NCBI GenBank assembly: GCA_024704765.1
Contig: JAKMXF010000347.1
Span: 62,001-126,000, forward strand
Source: Oopsacas minuta
Lineage: Eukaryota; Animalia; Porifera
Length of the DNA: 64,000 bases
Direction of reading: 5' to 3'
In this document: positions 35,401 to 48,789 of the stretch, one piece after another
Position numbering within the stretch: position 1 is the first letter of the stretch
How the letters are laid out: each line of letters begins with the position of its first letter
Made by a program: the position numbers and the translations under genes
The notes under the pieces: generated by a model
Seen by the model: the letters and a program-made list of their open reading frames with translations, nothing else
Told to the model about the DNA's origin: nothing
Database searches by the model: none

Positions 35401-36065
35401 TACAAATAACTCAAACTGCCTCCCCCTGTTTCCAAGAAAATCAAAAATGAGAAATAAGCAATTTAATTACATGGCATAATGTGCGAATTTATTTGTTGCT
35501 TTGAAATATTTGCACAAAATTATTAATGCGAATGTATTGACCAAATATAAGTAGCATTTATCACACAATACACATACGTATGTGTTATCAATTCTAAATA
35601 CATTTCCAATTATTACTTTATTTATCTGTGTAATAATATAGAAATTAGCAAATGAATGCAACTAATGGCCTATCAATGGAATGGAATCAACATAATCAGT
35701 CAAATTAGCCAGAAGTTTGATAAGAAGCTTGTCACTGTTCCTCTCTAAAGTATCCTTAGTACTGCTCTGCTGTCCAATTGCTTCAACTCTCTCAACGCAT
35801 TCCTATGACTTGAAGCTAGTACTACAGCACTCATACTGAGTACATATATATATATATATATATTCACTTCAAAGATCACAGATCTCTAATGAGTACATAA
35901 ATGCATTCATAACTTATACAACCCATCAAGGTAATACTCCTCAAATACTATATTTGTAGAATTTCAAGCTAGGATTCATAATTGATTTTCAGTTGAATAT
36001 TTTCGATTTGATATTTTTGCAAATTTAGACTCAGAACATTTGATAATCAACAAACATAAAACACA

Positions 36066-39000
36066 ATGTCAATACCTGGAGCAGTTTCTGTGATCGTAGA
36101 CGCCGTCCCTGTAAAGGAGGTTATTACGGATGAAATTAAATCATACAGCATTCAGGAGTTGGATGACGTACCTTGTCTCTCTCATCCCGACGAGATGGAT
36201 GAACTCAAGACTGATATCAAACTTGAAATTGAAGGAGAATGTGAAAATGCAAATGTCTCCACTCCCAGCGAAGAATACACAAATGTAAGTGTATTACTTA
36301 TTGTAACATATATTCATTACACATTTTAATTTATTCGAAATCTTGATTAACGAACGGACTTCTCATACATTATTAGAGCTCAATTGAAATCTAAATATTT
36401 CATATTTCACCTTGTAAGTTCGTATTAGAAGTTAGAACATAATTTATAAATTTCCTCTTATTTGTATTCTTATTTGTATTCTTACGTTAATAATACGAAT
36501 CAAAAAATCATTAGAAATATAATGTATTCAGATTTGTGAATTTAGTTTTTCATATAGGAATGGAATTAACTTTTATTTCCTAAAATCTTAATTATTTTCA
36601 AAACTTTTGTCATTATTTTACAAACTCTGTTAGAAAAGATTGAGATATCCGATTTTTAATTGATAATGAATTGATAAACGGTTTAGTCGTATTACTTGTG
36701 AGCTTACATTTTAGATTCTCTCCATCAATTACTTACTAATCATTAGAGCTTTATTTTACTAATATTTTGATTCCCTCTTTGTGAGTATCTCACTCTTGAT
36801 AATTAGTAATTATGAATTTTCATGAAAAATTATTAATCAATCGAGGCTAAATATTCAAATGTTGAAATAGAAAATAGAAAATAGAAAATAGAATATAATC
36901 AGTTTATTCTAATTTTGCGCTATCTTGAATTTCCATTTCCATTTACTTAATTGGTTCTAATTATTAATTATTTCAATTTATTCAAAAGTTTCATAATTTA
37001 ATGCCTAACATTTATTTCTGTCCATTAAAGAGCAAATAATTGTAACGAAGTATTATAACAGAACTGAATATATTTATTATTATATTTTCTTTCCTTGGAT
37101 TTGATTAATATTTCTTTCTTCAAACTTTTCTAATTTGTAATAATTTTCAAAATCATAAATCTGCAATTTTTACATAAATATTATGTTTGAATATGCTTAA
37201 TCAATTCTAACAATCAGAAATTAGTTGATGTTATAGTTGGTTGATAGATATTAAAGTTCGCACTTCCTTGCTCCACGTCTCACAATTCTATTTAATAGAT
37301 AATGGATTGGTTTCATAACCTAACTCGTATATTGCTAAGAGTTTTTCCTAAATAAATTTAATTGTAATATATATATTGCTTTGACTTGATTAGCACAATC
37401 ATGTAACATTATTGTTTGTTTTGCTTTGTTTACAATGAACTTGTCCACAACACAGCAATAATCAATTCGAAATTAAGCTACAAGTGAAATAAGCATTTTA
37501 AGACTTTGAAGTTCCGTTTATATAATTACTCAATTAAATTTTTGTATAAACCTTGTTGTAACGAGTCTTATCAAAGAATTATGTTTGATGATAAATGTAT
37601 TACACAGTGAGTGGGTTAAATTCATGTAAGAAGTATAGATTGGTTAGCTTTTATTTAATACCATTAGGATGCTGTGTATTTTATCTAAAGACGTAATTTC
37701 ATATACGCAAGTATATTTGAGGCTGTAATTAGTTGTTAATGAGCTAGAGGAGTTGACAGAATTATGTTTTCCGTCCGAATATAATAGGAGATTGGAAGTC
37801 TGCCATTAGTAATACCCAAATTATCATTACTAATTGTAGAATATCATGACTGTAGTATAACAACACATAACAAATAGATGCTTATTTTTGGCCTTAGGAT
37901 TTTGAAAACCATAATATTATTTTAATATTTTCACACTGGCATGATTTCCGTTCTTTTATCATAATTAATACTTTAATCACTGTTTATTGTGTATTATTAT
38001 AATTTGAATATATTCGAATACAAAGCAATACTAATCCTCAACATAATTATCAGTTGTCATGAATCCTAATTAAATACATTTGACGAAGACATGATGTCAA
38101 AGCGAATAATAGGAATCTGATAATATTAAATTGTCCTATCAAGCAATTAAACTCAAACTAAGTCTTAATTATTAGCTTTGAAATGAGATTAATGATAATT
38201 ATATTAAACTTAAGTCAGTTTTGGTCAAATTTCAGATATCAACTCACCATCACGTTTGATATCATTTTACAGATAAACAAACAATAGAGTTACTAATTAA
38301 GTAATTTTGGAAATTGATCTGGATTGTACACATCTTGATATCGTACTCGTTTGCTAAATTTGATCCTTTGCATTCCTTGTTGCATACTTACATGTTTCCA
38401 CGAACCATCATCCTCTTCAAAGTATGTAACCGAATATTAGATTTATAATCAACTTTATTCTTTGAGTAAAATACTTAAGTATTTGCTACTCCAATTATTT
38501 GGAAATTTTATTGATTCAAATATCTTTCACGATATTTATTTGAACTTATCCTAGAATCCTGGTTCAATTATTTAGCTCTCATGTTTACCACTATACCTTA
38601 GTAAAGAACAAAGTCAAGCCAATATATTTGGTATCTTAATCTCATTAATGCATTCTTGATCAATTCATATTCTCAAACTAATTGGATATCTATGTAAAGA
38701 GGTTTCAAATCTTCAAATGTAGTTTCTGAAGCCGAATTAACCTTTTTGTCAGTGAAAAACTTGATGAATCACCTTAGTTAGTAGAGATGGAGTGGTAGGA
38801 TTAATTTCAATGATTCTCTCGCTTTTTAATATTCTCAGATGGTGCACTTTGAACTTGAATACTTAGTTCACTAATAAATTGTAACTACTAGTATTACAGT
38901 TCTGAGGCATTTGAATCCATAAAACTCCAAATATAATATGTCGCATTTAGTTGTTGGGTTCCTCTGGCTACTGGATGGTATTCGTACGAAATTTTCATAT

Positions 39001-42000
39001 ATATTATGATAAAATTTTATTTATCGAATTTAAACATTTGAATGAGTTTTATCTCATATCAAGAGGTTAATTAGTAATTATTATTATTTGTAATAAGGGT
39101 ACAAAAAGGAAGTCTTATGTATTGTCCAATTAGTGGATTACCCAGGAAAAGTTGTAACATATCTAAGAATGGTCCTATTATTACAATAAATCTATTATAT
39201 CTATCTTTTCTAGACATACACCAATTCCAACAAAACTACAAGTAAGTTTACACTCTGTAAGTTAATTATTCTTGTCTCATAGCACTTTATTATGAAAGTT
39301 AATTGAATTGAGAAATCATTAATTTCAAATTCACAGATGAATGTATTAGAAATTCTTACAATAATAACTTTGTAGGAGGATAAGTATGTGGTCATTATAT
39401 ATCTTGGTGGAATCAAATTATCAATTATCCATTCCCACTAGATTATCTGATTTAATTATTGCATTTGTATTTTTTATAACTTTCATTACAATAAGCAAGT
39501 GTTAGATGTACAATCTTATTTTAATACTTTTCTCCAGTCATAATTATCCATTAACTAAATCAATTACACTTGCAATTAATTGAGTAATTCAGTGGTAGAC
39601 CTAGAAAAGAAAGAGATTATAATTCTAATATGAACAGATATCGCTTCAGCACAGTCCACTCAGTCTCAACTTGGTGAATCTCTCTGATAATAGTACTGTA
39701 TTTATGTCAATAGACAATACTTTGAAGTCTTACACACACATGCGATAGCTATACCAATAGTGTTAATAAATTTGATGTAAAATCAACCCTCAGATAAGGG
39801 ATTAAGTATAGCTAAAGTGAGATTGTTGTATGGATTTGCGGAATTTCACACAACCATTGTTACCACAGATTTATTGATTATGTCACAAACAAAAATTTGA
39901 ACAAATTTTACTTGCATAGAATTTATTGAATAAAACTTGATCGTAATCGTTCTGATGAACAGTCTAATATTAGTATAGAAAGTCAATAAAGATTTTAGAA
40001 TAATTATCTGTATTTTACTCAACGTAACCCTTCCGCCAACCAAGTCATCATCAAATTGCTTTCATCTTATACGATTAGGTCAATATCAATTAGAATATTT
40101 TATGTGGTCACGAGCAATGCTTTGATATTGAATCAACAGTTACATATCAAGTTATTTATTTGATTTGGAACTCCCTACTATACTTCCAGTAAAATGTACA
40201 TCCCAAAGTTGAAAACTTATGTCTACTTAATATAGTTATTATGTTGACGTAGATTCCGCTCGGATCACGCGTCACTGCCTATTCAATCCACTCCAGGCCG
40301 TGCGTCTCAGGACTACATCTGCTAAATGAGTTTAGTGTATGGGTGAAAATTCAATTACTAGTAATGAGAACAATTAAATATTAACCTATAGACCAGCAAG
40401 CATACAAATCAATAGATACAGCTTATGCGATAAATTGATTGCACCATAAAATGCAAGGTCAAAGATTAATAATGACTTTGTACTTTACCATACACCTAGT
40501 AATTATATATTTCAGTACTGAGTTATATTAAGAATAATCTAAGCTTCAGTACACATTGGCAAGTTTGATCTGTTTTTGGCATAATTATGTTCGAGTATGA
40601 AATGTGATAGCTAGTTCTTTTCCAATTTATTCCAAATACTATTGCATATGCATTACGTAATTTCATGAAGTCAACTCTCGTTATGGTACGTATTCGATAT
40701 ACGCAGTTGTTCGAAGTTTCCGTTCTCGATTATTTATTTATTTATTTTTTCCTTACATTGAGCTAACTGAGAACTAAATTGTATGATAGAATGATAGAGT
40801 CTAAAAGATGACTAAACTTTACGACCACTTGAAATATGTAACTTGTTCGAGGTCTTATTCATTGAAATTCCTTTTGCACTTGTTTATTTTGGCATTCTTA
40901 ATACATAACGTTTCTAATCATGGTATCATTTGTTACTCTATTATAACCGATTTCCTGGTGATGTAATCCTTTAAACTACTCGTCGTTAAATTTAGTATTT
41001 GATAGATACTCAAAATCCTTACTATTCCAAGCCTTCATGACAATACTTGCTTCATATGACGTGTAAATTTCTCAACTGATTACTGGTGTTATTTCTAAGC
41101 AAATCACTCTAAAACCTCTTAAACTACCGTGACTAGAATGAAAATTTCTTTAACTGTTATCCTTCATTGCCCACATGTCAAATTACATTGTTAGCCCTCA
41201 ATTGTGCACCCAACTCTATTCTCAAACGTATACGCTTCAATTGTATTGCACTCGTGGAGCTTACACAATCGACCTAATAAGAGTTTTTCTATTGACAGTA
41301 CTTAGAGGCAATGTCATATGTTTATTCACGAGTCATTATTAGAACCCATGTCAATAATTCTAAGGTTTTATATTATTTGAATCAGTTATGGTATTGCACT
41401 GTTAGAGGAGAGCAATTCTCATACCACTCAATCAAAAGTATGTATTCAAATTCACAGACCATGGGACAATCACTTTTGTATTGCGATTTGATGTCTTCAT
41501 TGAATTGTAAGGAAACACCATTGAATCCACTTTATGCCACATTTCAAGTACTTTTCTCTTCACTCATGATTGACTAGAAAAATTTTAATGAATAGCCCTC
41601 TACAATAACTTATGACATTTTAATCATAATCAAATCCTCGTTAATGGAATGATAATCCAATTTTGGATACTAAACCATTTAGAAATTCAAAATATAATTT
41701 CTTTAAAATAAGACCTCTTAATTGATTTGCATTGATAGAGAATATTTTGACCAATTAGCTAGTAAACTCTAGTTAATCGAAATCTGAGGGGTCGTTAGAA
41801 GAGATCTATAATGTAACTATATAGGAAGGTTTCATGACCTTTGGCCTTTACGGAATTTCTTGGTGTTCAGTAAAATCCGATTTCGATATTGTTTAAATGA
41901 TTACGGAATTACAACAGTAAATTGTGTGTCCATCAATACAAATCTCTAGTTTATAATTGTCTTAATTATTTCTCTATATCACACTTTAGTAAAGATATGA

Positions 42001-45000
42001 GAGCTTTATACTAGCATATCTAATATTTTCCTGTATTCTCTCTATCTGTCATTCCTGGGTATCTTCTCTCCTGTTAGATTTCATACACTGGTAAAGTAAG
42101 GGATTAATTAATTCAATAAATATTTCTATTTTATTTCAATTTTTTCTAAGTACTCTAAATACGCTAAATCTGTAGGACTGATTAATTATGTATCCGTACA
42201 AAGCTCAATTGTTGGTTGTTTGTACGGTTCTCTTTTTCCAGGATTAATTGAAAAACTACAGTATATCTTAATCCGAAGCCCCCTATTCATTTGCTTATTC
42301 GACCAATTAATTATTCCCTTCAATTTAAGATTGCTGAAAATTGGCATACAGGTGTATACAGGTGTATTTTACATGATGAGACAACTGTTGATTTTACAAG
42401 CGAACTAAAACTAAGTGCGTAACTGCTTTGTATATATAATTATTCAATAATCATATTACGTATTATGTAAATAATTGCAATCGCCTAGAATCATCGCTTG
42501 ATTAATTCAAAATTCGATAATATAGTTACGCGAATAATTAATTAGTAATAGGGATTTCTTTCGTTTAACATTTTTGTACATTATGTCCAAAACGTTACCA
42601 GGCGCTAAGTTGTACCCTAGAGGCCCGAATCAAATGAGACTGAAGGGCTCCCGCTACCCTTATCATGTAGACACTAATTCAATTATTCAAACCTATGTGT
42701 ATAACGAAAACGGAATACTTGTATAAACTTTTGAATCTATTAAATATTTGGCAAATGTATACACGTCTTGTCACAAAGTCACAAAAATAATAAATCTCAA
42801 TACAGTCTAGATCTTCTCATACTTCTCCATGCAAAGTATTTTCCATACTATAAATTATTCAGTAACTTGTAATAAAATCTTATTGATTGTACACACTAAT
42901 ATAATACTAACTTTTGGGTACAAACTTATCAGTTGAACGAGCTACTATCAGTGTATTCCACCAGCTGAATCCCACTATATTCTTATAAATTTATAGACAA
43001 TATATCATAAATTTGGTTTAGAATTATGTTGAAAATGATCTCCCACACAATTAACGAACGTTATATTATATTCACAAATATGTACTTTCGACTGTAGGAA
43101 GCAGTGATACTTAGATGTGAAAAATTTAATAAAAACAGTAGACATGAAGTTTGGGAAAATGCCCCCCCTCTCTCCCTCTCTAAACGGATCATCGAAACGG
43201 GCCTCATGCTCCTTGGTGGTACCCCAATTATCCACAGGCAACTATATTTCCAACGAAATTACTTTTGTAATACTTTTGAGATAATCCTAAAATTAAAACC
43301 AGCAGAGCACTTGAAGTAATTCTACTGCCCCGCTAGTATATCTATTTTCTTACTTTTAAGAATTCATTTAATTAGCTCAAAGGTTTTCCTTCTCTTAGAA
43401 GGAATTTAACCTTCTGAGCTTATTGATGAGACTTAAATCAGTAATTAAGTTTGCTGCCATGTTATCTGTCATATACTGACATTATTTCTAGTACTTTACT
43501 TATCTGGATTCTCAGTTATATACTGTATTCATCTAATACGTATTTATTTCTAGCTACGAACCATGTTACTGTTGCAAAACTGAGTGATTTGAATAATTAT
43601 AACAGCATATTGATACAGGTGAATATCTAAAATTATTTATATTTACAATTTCAATTGTATTGAATTAATAATGAATTTAATAGACAAATCCAAACAATGG
43701 AGAAGTCCTGCCTAATACCGCCCCTGCTCACTTCCTCCTATCTTCTCCCTCCTCTACTAACGGTACTCAAGCAACGAGTGCTGTCCAGGTCCCTACTAAC
43801 GACAGGCCTCACGTACAAGCCAATGTATTCTGTCAGTACCCGTTACAAACCATAGGAGTACAGGCTGTACAGCCTGGTACCATAATGTACCCAAAACCTG
43901 AATACAAAGGAGCTGCTGCTATTCCCTTCCCAGGACAATGGGGGTTAGTCACTAATCAATTTATGAATAATCTTACTATAGTACATTAGATCAGTTGATC
44001 ATTTTGTATTTGTATTTGTAGGAGCTATCCTTATGTGCCATGTTCTTCTCCCGTAACACCTGGCTCATATATTCAGCCTACTCCAGTCTCCCTAGCTCCA
44101 GGATACCAAGTTGTATACGGTAAGTGATTTCTAATATATCAAATAATTTTAAGTAAATGACCATTTTATTAATGTATTTCTTGTTACAGGTATTCCTCCT
44201 AACCAAATTCCAACACCAGGGCCTCCAATCTACGCACCTCAAGTAGTTATACAACCGCCTAACGCTAGCGTCGACATGGTAAGCAATAATTCTATATTTC
44301 CTAGATTTAAATTATAAGCAGCTTAGCAACAATTAATAAATAACTAAATATGCGAGCGTTTAGCACTCAGCCCAAAGATTGAATATTTAAATTCTTTGGT
44401 TGTGCTACAACCTTACACAATTCCTTGAGTAATTCAACAACTTGGAATTTTCTATGTTTATAATAATGAATGTAGACCATATCATATCAATTCATACTTT
44501 TCATAATACGAATTGATGTGATCATTATCATTCTTTTGTTTCCTCCTAGAACGGTAGTGTAAAGCCTCAGCAAAAAGAGAAGAGAGTTCATATTAAGAAA
44601 CCGTTAAACGCGTTTATGCTATTTATGAAAGAGCAGAGAGCTAAAGTTATACAGGAGTGTACGCTGAAAGAGAGTGCTGCTATAAACCAGATACTTGGAA
44701 AGATGGTGAGTATTATAGTATTTAGATATGATTGTACAACCAGTATACATCACTGAGGTAGTAGACGTTTAAATAATTTAATTTTTAATTAAGTAAAAGT
44801 CCCTCTTCAAGTAATCACTGATTGCACTCGATTCAGTACCGCCCCCAATTTGAACAACAATCTTCAACTTAATAATAATGTGGGGTAATTAATTTTTTAT
44901 CGTCAGGTTTAGGGAGGGATTAGAGGTAAAGATGAATTCTTTGGCTTATAAGTTAATGTATTATTAATGTTGTTTTTGAATATTCTAGATTGTATAACGT

Positions 45001-46815
45001 TACTTTAATTGCAGTTATTAAAACCTAATTGCGATCAAGCTCCTCCCTGTTAAAATATTACCCTCCCTCGAGATATCTGAACTGCAACTTATTAGCGATT
45101 AAAATTTACTATCAAATTTCAGTTGAAGGAATTATGCAAGGTTGTTGTTCTACAGGAGAGGATATCTGCAAAGCTAATTTATTCATACAATTAGCACTTA
45201 CTACAAAGCTTATTATTTATTTGCATTTCAAAGGACCAATTCTGCTCACCACCTGCATAATTAATCATGAATACTACGCTCATAGATACGATAACATAAC
45301 ACCATATGAGTGAATATCACCCACTGCCTGTGTGTCTGTGTATGCTGAAATATGCCAAAATTGTTTCCTTGCCCTCGCGTAATATCGGTTAGGAATATTG
45401 CTTTCATGTTCCTTACCATAAACATTATTTACCAGATGCATAGAAACTGTCCCCAATCAATATAATTAGCTATTTTTTTAATGTCATTATCTCTAAGATT
45501 ATTGTAATATAATACACATTGAAATGCTAAAAAATTGCATAAATTACTGGGTAATAACATGTAAGTAGGGTAGGCAAGTGGTATTTGTGTTCTTACGATT
45601 ATAATAATAATGTATAACCACATTATCATCATGAGGACCATTGTAGCGATATTCCTGAATTCAGCTTTATCTAATTGTAATAATTATCTTTGATCTCTGT
45701 AATCCAGTATGGTGTAGTAGGAGGAACTGTGGAGAATAATGCGCACGTACTATTACCATGTTATGTACAGGCTACGTTTATAATTTTATCCTTAACTTAG
45801 TGGCATGCACTGGAGAAACATGAGCAAGCGAAGTATTATGAGATGGCTAGGACTGAACGGGCTAACCACATGCAATTATACCCAAGTTGGTCGGCTCGAG
45901 ACAATTACGCCTCTAAAACTAAGAGAAAACGGAAGAAGAAGGATGAAGGAATTGGTTAGTTGGCTAATATATTTATCCAATAAATTCGATTTTAGTTTAG
46001 TCAGTAAATGGATTATTTTCTGTGACTTAATCTTGTAAATTCATGACTAGATATCACGCTATAATCTGTGATTATTCATCGCACACATGAATCATTAACT
46101 TGTACAATTACATATGAACTATACAAACTAACACGTAATCTTCACTTGACAAGTGAAGCTTGACAGGTTGAAACGCATGGCAATGATGCAAGAATAATTT
46201 TATGAACTTGTTTCTGTTTTGTAGAAGGAGAGTCTAGGAAGTGTCGTGTGCGTTATAGTGTGGATAATAACAAACTTCCTATATTGTGTAACACTTGCAG
46301 GTAATACATATTATTATTGAGTCATTGTATTCACTAATTAACTGGCTCGTGCATATTTACATTGTATTTCTTGGATAATTTGTAAATAAATGCGAAAATT
46401 CATGTAGCAATCTTCGTTACTATTTTCGTTTCGATCTCTTAGAAATTACTATATTTTGATATATACACCTTTAAATAAACTCTTTCTTAGAAAAAGAAAG
46501 AATAGTGATGGTAATTCAACAGAAAACAACAGTGAGGGGGGTGACGACTACTGTAGATGTGAAACATATGCTACCATCATTTCAGAAACAGTTCATAATA
46601 TATTAGCTAAAAAAGAACAATTCTTATCAGAACCCTGTCCGAATAGTCAAGAGAGATTTAGTAGTCAGGATTCAAAACGTCACGTACTTGATTCACAAGA
46701 TTCCCAATCAACTAGTAGAGACTATGAAAGCGATCAAATACAAACAGACGATGAAGCTGGTACAGTAATCACATCAATTTGCAACCCATCAATTCCCGAA
46801 CAAGAGCTAAACTAG
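36066..46815 (+). CDS. TCF: TCF/LEF HMG-box transcription factor, 458 aa. Exons: 36066-36284, 43684-43943, 44022-44119, 44190-44278, 44550-44705, 45801-45954, 46225-46300, 46491-46815
   Basis: HMG box [75 protein letters not shown], basic tail KRKRKKK and a C-clamp-like exon. Exon 1 aligns with the beta-catenin-binding domain. All phases are consistent. Linking exon 1 across 7.4 kb is inferred. Confidence 0.9.
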
Positions 46816-47278
46816 AATCTCTCGTTCAAATTCAATTATGTCTAGTTCGCTCAAATTGACAATCCAATCTACGTAGAAAGAATATATAAATACGTTCGTT
46901 ATTTTGTATCTAGCATGCAGTTATCACTAATTTTTACTTCATTTTACATCTCATAGGTGTAATACAATGTGTATCTGTGTTCCGCTTGAATGTGCTAATT
47001 CTCTATCAAATGTATGTATTAAATTATACTATCATATATAACTATATTCCTTGGTTTATTAGGGGCTTAATACTTTTTGGTTGGTATTTTGTCTTATTTC
47101 TTTTGGGATTGAAAATTTTATTTTCTACGAATATATTTTCAGTTACTCTTCCATTATAATTATCCTCACATACATTTCAATGGAAATTGACAGGTAAATA
47201 TCTCTGTTTCAATATCACAATTTCCAATTGCTTTGAACTTTCCGTAAATAATTGTCTGGCAAAACTAAAGTTCACACG

Positions 47279-47346
47279 CAGAGGCGGATCAAGGGGAGGG
47301 GTTGTTGGGTTGCAACCCCCCTTTAATATTCCTGGATCCACCCCTG
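47279..47346. mobile_element. 68-bp MITE-like inverted repeat
   Basis: CAGAGGCGGATC...GATCCACCCCTG termini; related left ends at about 50189 and 50936. No TSD seen. Confidence 0.5.
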
Positions 47347-48672
47347 AACTGCTTTTACGTATATACTGCACTATGGGACAGTCAAATTTCGTCTTAACAA
47401 TAACTCTAATAGCGTATTATGTATTTAGGTAACATTCTTTGAAAAAATAGATAAATTAAACTATTACCGTGTAAGTACATTAATAACTATCAGCAGATAA
47501 GTATTAATGAGAGTCTACTAAACTTCTAGACTGTAATGTGTAATTAATTCATGTTTGTCGATTTGTTCTTGACAATAAATAAATTGAATTGTTTATCAAG
47601 TTCTAATCTAATCATAGTCTTACCTATTCTAAAAGCGAAAAAGTACGTACAAATACAAAGCAATCTACAGTAGTTATTGGGAGTTTGAGAGTGCTTAAAT
47701 AATATGAATTGTATACCTCTTTATAGATATTTTATGCAATGCAGTCGAATCGTTTTGGCACCGAAAAATGCACGAAAAATAGGTAAAAAGGCCCAATGAG
47801 TTTTATATGTATTATGGAGAAACAAGCACACGCAAAGGCAAAACACCAAAAAAACGAGTTTGACTTTATACATTATAATCTCAGGAGAATAATTTGAAAG
47901 CTGAATACAGTGTTACTAAAAGGAAATTAATTTACAATATAGTAACACTAATTTACGTGAATTATTCTTTCGTACATTTACAGATATGCATTTTGTAAAC
48001 ATGTATTAAGCACAGATAAACCTACAAGACATATTTCAGTGGGTTAACATAATCCTTATATATCATAGATATTACTAATTATTATAGCATCCGTGCGGTT
48101 GTTTGTTCCCAAATCGCTTACTAATTGATTGTAATATTTGTGTTTAGTTTCATGTTTGATATAGCACACAGGATGTTAATGCAAACCTTGTCCCGTTGGT
48201 TTAGGTTAGAGTAAGATTTTATGACGTAATTTCAAAAAAACTCAGCTCTAATAATGGAATGCAAATAACAACTCGAAATACTAGATTTAAAACACTTGGA
48301 CTAGCATAGAGGTAGTGGTATTTCTGAGATCTGGGCTCCTTCAGACAGGCGAAGCTCCCAGGATCTCGAGGTTCGAAGGTAATTTGATTCTCATTGCTAC
48401 ATCGGGGTTAATCTATTATAATTGACTTTATTTAAACCAATACATGTACCGTCTGTGACAGGATGACTTAACCATTTGCCTCATCAAATTAGAAACCAGG
48501 GTAATCTTGTATCAAATGAGTTGGTTGCATTACATTGCAGATTGTCGCTATATTGTGCAATCACCTGGTTAGCTGAACAATAGTTATGAGATGTACAGCT
48601 GGGATATTTCCCGGGAGAAGAGTTCACCATTCTCAAGTTTGAATACTAATTACAACAAATATATTGCTCATA

Positions 48673-48789
48673 CAGTAGAACCTCGTTAATACGTACACCA
48701 AGGGATCGTCGAAATTTGTACTCCTTATCCGGAGTACGTATTAACCGGAAATTCGTATTAAATGTGTTCGTATTAACGAGGTTTCACTG
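48673..48789. mobile_element. 117-bp Tigger/pogo-like MITE
   Basis: TIR CAGTAGAACCTCGTTAATACG...CGTATTAACGAGGTTTCACTG with TA on both sides. Confidence 0.85.

Noticed and set aside
36285-43683. CTTTGWW TCF sites as autoregulation
   Set aside because: About 6 sites were noticed, roughly the number expected by chance in 7.4 kb at this base composition.
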